A stretch of DNA of 63,670 nt, the filler included, from Collodictyon triciliatum (Eukaryota): assembly GCA_043381765.1 (NCBI GenBank). It is 4 parts of 4 records of this genome, joined end to end, with 100 filler letters (N's around TTAATTAATTAA, not from the genome) between each part and the next. Parts side by side here need not be neighbours in the genome. Positions count along the whole stretch, not along the records: positions 15,875 to 31,994 come from JBHJMP010001341.1; positions 32,095 to 50,878 come from JBHJMP010001342.1; 2 more parts are not named here. One strand, given 5' to 3'. Position numbers and translations under genes: made by a program. This document shows, piece by piece, positions 23,761-34,349 of this stretch (positions within the stretch are counted from its first letter, which is position 1; each line of letters starts with the position of its first letter). The notes beneath the pieces are model-generated. The model did no database searches, was not told the DNA's origin, and worked only from the letters and a program-made list of their open reading frames with translations.

Positions 23761-26700
23761 ATGATTAATCCAACCGTTGACGAAGTTCGAAAACTAGTTG
23801 CAGAGCATCCTGACTGCAATCTAGTTCCAATTTACAAGGTAATATCATAGTATTTTCTATAGACCATATGAAATCATGGCGGAGATAACTCCATTCGAAA
23901 TTCAACCACCGCTTTCGAAGTTAGATGAAACTCATATCCATTCACATCTCTTCTTCCCATATTGCTTTCAGGAACTTGCCGCCGACCTTGAGACACCTGT
24001 TTCAGCATTTTTGAAGGTAAACAATCCGTGTATAAGGATAAATTCCAGCTTCGCTTCAAGCGAAGACTTGAGATTACATTCCAGCCCATTTCACTTCTTT
24101 TTCTTCCCTCATTTACTTTTTTCGTTTTTTCTTGTTCTCTTTTTTACACCTCCAAATGGGAACTATTTTTTTGATAGGCCAGGACAGGAACCCATTCTTT
24201 CTTATTTGAGAGCGTGGAAAAAGGAGAAAAACTTGGACGTTATTCTTTCATCGGAACATCTCCCATAAAGGTATCTGAGTTACGCTGGTGCTGCTGACAG
24301 ATTTTCAATGAAAGACAAGTTAATCATCCAGACATTCTTACACTGCGCTACATCCAGACTTATGAACACATTCACTATTAGATTATCAAGTCTGGTCCAG
24401 GAACGACATTTGAAGGAGATCCTCTGGTCCCGGTAGAAGAAGGTTTGTACGTCGTATAATATAAGGCATATAACGGATAAAAGAACGGACATACCTTGAT
24501 GCATAATGCACCCATTTTGAAAGCAGAGTTAACATGAAGGCATAAGAATATGGTGAAAATACGACTTCTTTCCGTCATGAATAAACAATCGCTTTATACT
24601 TATTTTTATCACCTTCAATAATGAATAGAATTGAAGGCTTACAAACCCGTCCCCATCCCCAACTTGCCGCCATTTCTCGGAGGTGCCATCGGATATGTGA
24701 CCTATGACTCCATGTACCACTTCGAACCATCCGTCAAGGTGCTCATATCGGAATGTCAACTGAAAATGAACTGTTGTATTGCTTTCTCACAGATGTGTCC
24801 TAATTCTAATAATCTTACCAAAAACGCAGCTGGTAAACTTGTTGTAACAGACTTATAATACCTTTACATTATAACTAGCCACCCGCCAAGGATTCCATGA
24901 AGGTTCCCGAGTCTATCTTTTTGATTTGCGACTCTTTGCTTGCATTCGACCATGTTCGCCATACAATCTTGGTCAGTTTCTTTTGTTTTCTTTCAAGGCA
25001 TTATTCACGATAGAAATTTAATTTAAACTCGGCAGAAAACATCTTCCCCACCAAAGCCAGTCATTTTCTTCCAGTTTCCTAGAATTATCTTTTTGTTCCT
25101 AGCTTTTGTCAATGAGGAACATGTATATTTAAAATTATACATATCTAAGGTCGTTGCACAATGCCGAGTGACGGAAGATATTGAAACTGCATACGCCGAA
25201 GCTGTTGAGAAAATAACCACACTTGTCGACAGGTTAGATGATCCTTATAACCACATATATTTCTATGGGAAGATAATGAACTCAACCCACAACAATTTCT
25301 CCAAAAGAGTGTACATCATACGTAAATACTCCTGCAACCGAAAACCATCAAATACACCCAACTAGACTGGAATCTCCAATCACGCCGATGCCCGCAGACT
25401 CTATAGGCCCCGAAGTTGGCCAGGGTGAACCTGTATCCAACATTGGGGAAGAAGGGTACAAAGAAATTGTTTCAAAATTCAAGGAGCACATCTACGCTGG
25501 TAACATCATCCAGGCTGTTCCGTCGCACAGACTGTCATATCCCACGACGCTGCATCCTTTTAACATATACAGGTTTCCATAGCCTCTGAATTCATTCGCA
25601 CTTCTTCTGTGATTCTAGAGAATTCGTCTCTTGCGCTATTCATCGCCTTCGCTTGAAACATATTCAATGTGCATTGATATGTTGACAAATATCGTCGTTT
25701 TTTTTTAATGCGGACTACTAGGCAACTTCGTATCGTGAATCCCTCCCCCTACATGTTCTTTATGGACCTCGACGGTTTCCAGATCATTGGTGCTTCGCCC
25801 GAACTATTGGTAATATGGTGCATTCCTGCCCTTAATCCGTCGGTAGATACATCATCCAGTAGATAAAAAAGAGGAGGTAGTCCTTAGCCATGATTTATCA
25901 CAGGTCAAGGTAGATAAAGGCGTCATTACGACTCACCCCATAGCTGGTACAAGAAAAAGAGGGAAAACACCAGAGGAAGACCTGGTTGATGACCAATTTA
26001 TTCTTTTTGTCTTTGTCTTTCTCTTTCTCTTTCTCTTTCTCTTTCTCTTTCTCTTTCTCTTTCTCTTTCTCTTTCTCTTTCTCTTTCTCTTTCTCTTTCT
26101 CTTTCTCTTTCTCTTTCTCTTCTTTTTCTTTTAACATTTACCTAGTTTTTTTTTTTTTTAACATTTAGCCTACTGGCTTTTTTTAAAAAAAATTTACATT
26201 GGAAATGCAGGCCTTGGAAAAGGACCTTCTCAGCGACGAAAAAGAGCTTGCAGAGCACATCATGCTCGTCGATCTTGGGCGCAACGATGTTGGCAGAATC
26301 TCGAAACCTGGGACTGTGAGTATTTTGATAAGTGCCGAATATACATCTTCCGTGAATTTTTTTTTAATTTGTTCTTCGTCTTAATGAATCTCAATTCTAT
26401 GGTCAAGGAAAAATATTACTTGCATTCTTATCATTCACTCATATTAAGGTGCGTGTTGACTCGATGATGCACATCGAAAAGTATTCTCATGTCATGCACA
26501 TTGTTTCAAACGTCTCTGGTCAGGTACAAAAAAGAAAAAGGGGAGAGGAGCTTATCTGTATCATAAATTTAATTGCCATCAACAAGAATCCAGTCTAGTC
26601 GATCTTATGCTTTGTTTTTTCTTTTGCTTTTATACGAGCGAGCCTTAAACACATTCTCCATTCAGCTGCGCGAGGACAGGTCGGTATACGACGCATTCCG

Positions 26701-27745
26701 CGCAATATTCCCTGCAGGAACGGTATGAAGCTGTAAAAAAAAAAAAAAAGAAGTAAAAGACGACGACATATTGCTGCGCGAATCATTTCATAGTCTTTCT
26801 GTCTATATGATTGGCTTCAACATATGTATAGGACTTTATTCAAATAACCCTACTATTGCGATCAATAGGTATCGGGAGCTCCAAAGATTCGCGCCATGCA
26901 GCTTATTGCTGAGCATGAAAAAGAGCGGCGAGGTATATATGCAGGTAGTGCTATAAACCATGATGGTTGGTTGAATTTTCTCACTTTTATTCGCCCAAGG
27001 CGGACGAGATGGGCTCTTTTAAGTCGTTTTCTAAATGGATACCGTCCCTCCTGGTTATACCCCAGGTTCTGTGGGCTACATCGGGTTCAACGGAACAATG
27101 GACACATGTATCGCTATTCGCACAATGGTATACAAAGACCACACAATATACTTCCAAGTAAGCATATCATCATCGAATTATAATGAAAATTTCGATATTC
27201 CCAACGATTTCATCCTCTTTCGCCATTCTTTCATTCGTTTTCTTTCACTCTTTTCTAATCCCATCCGTCCTTACTATTGATCTCTATCAAAAATTAAAAT
27301 ATGTCCACCATTTTAGGCCGGCGCCGGAATCGTATTCGACTCAGTTCCTGAAAGCGAATATCTGGAAACGATGACAAAGATGCGCGCTTCTCTCAGGTTG
27401 GTGCAGTGATGACAGATATCCATTTTATGTATCACAGCAAACGACAATCATATTCGTTGAGTTCACTGTCACACTATTCCCTCGCATGAATTTCTCAACA
27501 ACAACAACAAAACAAAAACACTCTAGAGCTGTTCAACAGGCTGAATCTATCTACTTCCGCAAAGCCGGAGCTAGCTCAACAAAGAAAATCCCCTCTGTTG
27601 TATGTCATAGCTACTAATATAATATTTCAACCTATGAAGCAATACTGCCGATGGCTGTGTCTTAATCCCCATGTTCCTTACCTCTTTTTTTTTTTTTTTT
27701 AAGGACACCGACCCACGTGGGTTCTGGAACAAATCGCAGAACTAA
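23761..27745 (+). CDS. trpE: Anthranilate synthase component I (alpha), about 18 exons
   Basis: Spliced motifs [133 protein letters not shown]. The last exon is uncertain: TAA 27743-27745, or a fusion to trpG (see findings). Confidence 0.95.
26017..26121. repeat. (TTTCTC)n microsatellite in trpE intron
   Basis: Direct tandem repeat; edges approximate. Confidence 0.9.
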
Positions 27746-27934
27746 GTGACTTGAAAGGAATTAACTGTCATCGAGTAATAATTAGATTGCCTCGCTCTTA
27801 GATATACAATTATGAAACCTATACACAAAGATTCATATGTTCAAATCCTATTCAGACAATATTCTCATATATCTTGATATTATCATTTCACTCGCCTTTC
27901 AATAACTGAACTCTTTCAAAAAAAAAAAAAAAGG

Positions 27935-29427
27935 ATGTCGCGCTTGTTGTTAATTGACAATTACGACAGCTTCACATATAACATCTACCAGTACCTGTGT
28001 GAATTGGGCGCTGATGTTCAAGTATGCCTGACAACCCCCGTCGCTTTACACATTTTCATTTCCCTTCAAAATGATCAACAACATAAAAATTACCCAAAAA
28101 TATTCTTTCATACCACACTTTTGACAGTTCTCTATCCCTGCTTTTCGAAGAAGGCAAATATTGATCCAGCCACTGACATAATTTCATCCACCTTGCTCCC
28201 GCTGAGATATATTTTGCATTTGTTTTCCCAGTATTTACTTTACGTATATAGGTCCACCGAAATGACAAAATCACTCTTGAAGAATGTATTGCCATCAACC
28301 CCGACCACATAGTGATTTCACCCGGCCCTGGCCACCCTCGAGATGCGCACGTGTCTATTGTATGGCTAATTTCACAGAACACGCCTCCGTACCGTGTCAC
28401 ATGAGAAGGGCTTAAGATGTTTCTTATTCTATTATGTACCTCATTAATGGATGTTAATACTAGGATGTTATCAAACATTTTGCTGGGAAAGTTCCACTTT
28501 TAGGTAAAAAGAAAACTCACTCTCTTTCCATCACTGGACAAACATCATCCTGCGATGAATAATAATAATACCGATTTAACAAATTAATTTAATTGAAAAT
28601 CTTCGATTCATTTTTAACCACATTTGCTGGATAAAAGAAATAAAGGTTATTATATTATGAATGAGATGATATAACCCAAGGCTGTATCCTTAATCAAATA
28701 GGTGTATGTCTCGGTCATCAAGCCATCTTCGAAGTTTATGGCGGAACAGTTGCGAGCGCCGGAGAAATCATGCATGGCAAGCAGTCTCTCGTATATCACG
28801 ATGGAAAAGGTATACAACACCGACCCATGAACTTTAGCTTCTGATACATGTCCTGTACACCTTCCAGAACGAAAACGTCTAATTTTACATCTTTCGATTT
28901 GAAATGTCTTGTGCAATAGGTGTATATTCAGAAATTCCGAGCCCTTTCGCAGCCATCCGCTACCACTCGCTTGCAGGCGTCCGTGAGACAATATCATCTG
29001 AATTGCAAGTCACATCCCAGACAGCCAATGGGATTATTATGGGCGTACGGCACAAGAAATACACAGGTGATTATCAAATCACACATATTTCCTTGATTGC
29101 AAATTTTTTAAATCGAGTATCCACCCTATTGCTCTGTCCGAACTTGCTGACACCAAATATCTCTCATATCATAGTCGAGGGTGTTCAGTATCATCCCGAA
29201 TCAATCAAATCAGATCACGGAAAAAAGGTACGTTACCTACAGGTCTCTTGCTTATCTTGTGGTTCTGGGTTAATCACATTCAGAGTTTGAAATCACACCC
29301 ATTTTAACTTGTGTTCCTCTATTCTCCTTTCTTTTTTCAATTTGTTAATTGCTAATTATTTTTTTTAAAATAAAACCAGCTATTCCAGAATTTTCTCAAC
29401 ACCAAGGGTGGTGAATGGAATCAATAA
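27935..29427 (+). CDS. trpG: Anthranilate synthase component II (glutamine amidotransferase), 7 exons
   Basis: [39 protein letters not shown] (catalytic Cys), [17 protein letters not shown] (His/Glu); ends [15 protein letters not shown] (TAA 29425-29427). Confidence 0.95.
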
Positions 29428-31994
29428 AGCAGTACACTAGAAAGCTTGCAGAGGGTAACTCTCTCACTTACGAGGAGGCTTACAACGCCATCTACGGTGA
29501 GAGAATTTCACTTGACAAGATTTGCTTTCTTGCATTCCTTAAGTCCGGTTAAGGTTACTAAATGACTATTGATATACCCTATCGAAACACGTTTACTCAT
29601 ACGTCTATTTATACAATCATAATCACCCCGCGATTGACATGTGGGTAGAAATCATGTCTGGAAAGGTATGCAGTTTAACAATACCTTCTTTTTTTTTTTG
29701 TTCATTACATCAAATCAGAAATAAATATCTTATAATGACCGATCATATATCCGGTTGAACCTTTTTTTTTTGATGGCCGTTTATCGAAACAGAGCTCTCC
29801 CGTTCTGATTGCCTCCTTTTTGACCGCGCTGCACATGCATGGAGAAAATGCCGAGGTGATTGCTGCCAGCGCTGCGGCTATGCGAGACCATGCCAGTTTG
29901 GTAAATGGTATCATTTTTGTCATCCCAGAGTCATCACAGTATTTCCAATTTCTTTTTTCTTTTCGTTCTTTTATACTATTATGTGGATAATTTTTTGCTG
30001 TTCCCTACTATTATCCTCACACCCAACAAATGATGCCAAGACATTACTCATCCATCACCGCAGGTGGCGAATGCATTGATATTGTGGGCACCGGAGGGGA
30101 CTGCATAGATACTTTCAACGCCTCTACGGCCGCTGCTTTTGTAATTGCTGGTGCTGGGGGTATGAGTCATATACAAGTACACGCAAAGTATCATATTGAC
30201 GAGTAGAAAGGTCGACACATAACACTACTACTATACCAGCAGTCGAAGGTGCTGATTACCTCTTTTATTGATAGGACGAATGGCAAAGCATGGGAATCGG
30301 GCTGCGTCGTCATTGTGTGGAAGTGCAGATCTGTTAGAAGCAGGTTTGATACACCACAACTTGCAAAATATACTACTCTTTTCATAATTTTGTTTTAGTT
30401 TATCCGATTCCAGTAAAACTAGAATGTTAATATCGGGTTTATCACAATCCAGCCGGTGCTAATCTGGAGTTGGCACCCAATCAAGCTGAATTCGTCCTGC
30501 AAAACTGTGGATTTGTGTTTTTGTTTGCACCGCGATTTCATCCCTCCATGAAAACTGTTGCAGGTTTTTTTTTATTTTCCCTAGAAATACCATTTAGGGC
30601 ATAAAGCTACGTTAATAGTATCTCCTGACACACACACACACTCACTATATCTTTTAATTTGTTGTATTTTTACCCTGTGTGCTCTCTAAATATTCAAAAT
30701 ATTGGGATTTTCTGTCTTGGAAACGCCTCTTCCTTCAGCCATAAGAAAGGAGCTCGGCATTCGCACCGTCTTTAACTTCCTCGGCCCCCTGGTAACTGTC
30801 TCTATCATCTCTTTGAACAATGCCACTTCCAACTCCTCCACATAATTATTCCTTTCTCAACCTCTACGTTCGTTTGTGCAAATGACTACTTCATATCGAT
30901 TGTTTGTGATGAAAATTTTGACTTTTTATTGTTTTCGCTCAATAATGAATTCTTTAGACAAATCCGTCGAATCCAAAGTACATACTTGCGGGTGTTAGCA
31001 AGAAGGAAGTGTGCCCGATGTTTGCTGAGAGCTTCAAGAGAGCTGTACGGTTCCAATACCCCATTGTTTTTGAATCAGCTTCATTTGCACAGCCTGACAA
31101 CTTTACTTCACAGATTTTCATTTTTATTCAATTAATCAACTGCACAATTTGGTTCTCGCAGGGAATGAAACGCGCTATGATTGTCCACGCAGAAAACGGT
31201 ATGGATGAAATTAGCCCATGCGGCGTGACACATGCTTGGCTACTGGATAACGGGGAGGTGTGTCATAAATATAGCTAAAATAAGTAAATAAATAAATAAA
31301 AAAAAATTGTGTGGTAGAGTACTCTTACTTTTACCTATTTTGATTGAGACATATCCTCACCCCGTAATATTTCCGACTTAGATTACAAACTTTGAAATCC
31401 GTCCTTCTGACTTTGGGCTTGACGAGCACACCTTGCGTATGCACACATCAAACCCTTACTATGCGGCAATTAATAATTAGGGTTCTGAAGACTCAAGCTT
31501 TATACGCATTATAGAATCTGTTCAAGGTGGAAGGCCACACCACAATGTCGGATTGCTTCACAAGTTTTTAGACGGAGAACAAGGGCCCATCACGGATTTT
31601 GTCGTAAATTTTTTCTGATCCATTACTTCAAGCCTAACCAATATTCCGACTATTACTTATTTATTTACATAGTTTTTTTCAACCAAGGCATGTATGTACA
31701 ACTACATTTTCCCCCTTTCCTTTCAATCAAACTAAAATCAGTAATCGAACATCAAGCTCATCAACGCCGCAGCCGCTTGCTTCGTTGCTGGTATGTTCAT
31801 ATAAACATATATTTTGAAATCAAAGGCAGAATGCCGCTTATCTAAGCAGCTTCTTTTAATTTCCTTTGTAGCTGCAGGATTTTCCGACTTGATCTTTATT
31901 TTGTCTCTAAAGTTGTATTGTTATTATTGTTTTTTTTTTAAAAAAAAAAAAAACACCACCCCAACTGATACACATAGGCCTTGCAACCGACCTT
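29415..31994 (+). CDS. trpD: Anthranilate phosphoribosyltransferase, at least 13 exons, 3' truncated at contig end
   Basis: [33 protein letters not shown]/..DIVGTGGD..TFNAST../AKHGNRAASSLCGSADLLEA/..FLFAPRFHPSMK/IRKELGIRTVFNFLGPL/TNP../NGMDEIS../LINAAAACFVAG/LATDL. Confidence 0.95.
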
Positions 31995-32094
31995 NNNNNN
32001 NNNNNNNNNNNNNNNNNNNNNNNNNNNNNNNNNNNNNNTTAATTAATTAANNNNNNNNNNNNNNNNNNNNNNNNNNNNNNNNNNNNNNNNNNNN
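31995..32094. other. Artificial contig linker
   Basis: N44-TTAATTAATTAA-N44. Confidence 0.97.
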
Positions 32095-32803
32095 CTTTCT
32101 TTTTCTTTCTTTTTCTTTCTTTTTCTTTCTTTTTCTTTCTTTTTCTTTCTTTTCTTTCTTTTCTTTCTTTTCTTTCTTTTCTTTCTTTTCTTTCTTTTCT
32201 TTCTTTTTCTTCAATAAATTATTTTCTTTTTTTCTTCTAAGTGGCATTTTAAAACCTTGGTAATATCTGCTCGGTATTTATTTATCTCATTGCACTCCTC
32301 CATGGAATAATTACACTACACCCACCTGCTCATTTCCATATAGATTGACATAGGTGCTAAACTTACAAAAATTATAGAAACGAATAGCTGAATCTATTTG
32401 GCAAATAATGTACAGTATCTGTGTTCGCTTTGCTCTGGGAGCAATATGAAGCGCGCTGTATGTACTGTTGGCGACACATCCTGACCGATGCGCACCGTTA
32501 GCTGGTGGGTATTCTAATATAGCATATATTATCAATCAAAAAATTGTTGAAATAGATGAAACGTAGAAAATTCCGACAAATATCGAGCTTGTTCAAGCTG
32601 AAGTGCGGGAAAGTATGGCTTCACCACAAGCAATCAAATAAAGTCGATTGAAATTGATCTATATTATCTATCCAAACTATGGCATACCCGTTGACATTCA
32701 CTCACGAACCATTGTGTCAAAATTACCGCACCGATTGCTTCATGAACTGAAAGAGCTGAACAACTCATTTTTGTTTGGTAGCTTCTCTTCGTCGCAAGGA
32801 CAT

Positions 32804-33745
32804 ATGCACCCACCTGACCATGAAAAAGAATGGAACGCTCAACTCCAAAAATTGCAAGAGACAGTCCCGCCTCTTGGAGATGGAGAATCACCATCAAACA
32901 TTCTTCCCAGTCCTCAGATTCGGTTGAGTTCGTCAAATAGTCGTGAATCTATATCATTCCCCTGGGGAGTATCTGTTCATCCTAAAAATGGGGCAGTCTA
33001 TGTGACAGATGAAGACTTGAAGAAGGTGATGATATTTGACCGATTCCTCAATTTTGTTTCTTCTCATTCCACTGATTTGACGGTGCCTAATCCTCGCCAT
33101 GGGCCTCGGGGTATTGCAATATCGACAAGTGGCTTGATTGCTTTGGTTGATTGCGAAGCACACAGCGTAAATCTGTACACGGATACATTTGTGCTCAGCC
33201 GTCGCATTGGAGGTCAAAAAGGAAGCAAACCCTATCAATTCAATCGACCTTATTCCGTCACCTTTGATGCCGAAGAAAATCTTTACGTTGCTGACTCCGG
33301 GAATAGGCGAGTCCAAAAGTTCGACAGAAAAGGGCAGTTTATTCAGACGATTGGTGCAGATAGCGAAGAAGGAGGGCTCATCAAAAGCCTTGTGAATGGC
33401 GTCATAGTGACAGGCGATTCGAAGGTTCTTGTCTTGTGTGCAGGTTCTGACATGGTGCGAGTCTTTAATACGAAGGGAGTCTTTGAGAAGTACATAAAAA
33501 TTGGTCTGCGTGCGAGTATTGGAGGCTGGTCGAGTATCTTCAACGCATCAAAAGGGCTGTTTGGAATCTGTGAGAACACTGCTGGGCTCATTTCTTTTTA
33601 CAACTATGAAGGTGCTTTGGTTTATGAGATGCACGTTGAAGGTTGTTTGGGTGCTTGTTTTGGTCAAGGAAAGAACTTTTACGCCACAAGTTTATCAGAT
33701 AAGTCCATCCGAATGTACCCAATATCTGCGGAATTGACATATTAA
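32804..33745 (+). CDS. NHL-repeat beta-propeller protein (start uncertain; may have upstream exons)
   Basis: Repeats FPWGVSVHPKNGAVYVTD, GPRGIAISTSGLIALVD, FNRPYSVTFDAEENLYVADSGNRRVQKFD. The ORF is open from 32648 and the first ATG is at 32804. Confidence 0.85.
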   Translation: MHPPDHEKEWNAQLQKLQETVPPLGDGESPSNILPSPQIRLSSSNSRESISFPWGVSVHPKNGAVYVTDEDLKKVMIFDRFLNFVSSHSTDLTVPNPRHGPRGIAISTSGLIALVDCEAHSVNLYTDTFVLSRRIGGQKGSKPYQFNRPYSVTFDAEENLYVADSGNRRVQKFDRKGQFIQTIGADSEEGGLIKSLVNGVIVTGDSKVLVLCAGSDMVRVFNTKGVFEKYIKIGLRASIGGWSSIFNASKGLFGICENTAGLISFYNYEGALVYEMHVEGCLGACFGQGKNFYATSLSDKSIRMYPISAELTY

Positions 33746-34115
33746 TCCCACGAACCTGCCATATAAACATCCATTTCATTAACAACCTCGCCAAAAGAGA
33801 AGAATCCATACAAGCTTCTGATAAATTGGTCTGGTTGTGTTAGCTTCCTGATTTCATAAGATGTTATTAACTATGGTATCGAATTGACATGTAAAAATCT
33901 TAGATCGAGAGAGGAATCTGAAGTGCACAAAGATGAATGCATTCGCAAACTTATTTTAATTGAATGCAGTTGATTAGCGCAAGGACCAGTAACATGGGTG
34001 ACATAGAGGCAATAGTAAAGAGCTGCTGTACCGGTCAAAAGGCAAAATAGAAAAATAAAAGGAATGAGAAGAGACCATGCGTTTTATTGTTTCAAATGAA
34101 AATCCACTTTACAGG

Positions 34116-34183
34116 CTTCATCAGTGCTCAGGGTGGTTGTCTTTCCAATATTTGTGGGTTTGGACAACATCCTTCATATGAAG
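34116..34183 (-). promoter_or_regulatory. SECIS element (type II) in GPx 3' UTR
   Basis: Minus strand: cttcat-ATGAA-ggatgttgtc-cAAAc-cca..tgg-aaa-gacaaccaccc-TGAG-cactg-atgaag. It has the AUGA/GA quartet, a roughly 10-bp helix II, apical AAA with a mini-stem, and helix I. Confidence 0.85.
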
Positions 34184-34349
34184 AAACAATGAAAAAGCAC
34201 GGAATCACTCTCACTTTATTTTTTCTCCATTACTGATGTCTGTTATTTAACAATCGTAAGAAAAAAAAAAGCAATCTTTTAGATAGGGAGTGTGAATGTA
34301 ATAGGTATTCCTATATTAAGAGACACTTTGTTTCGAGCTCTTTTTGATC

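Noticed and set aside
23761-31994. Bacterial contaminant explanation for the trp cluster
   Set aside because: All three genes are interrupted by many spliceosomal introns with the same style and microsatellites as neighbouring host genes.
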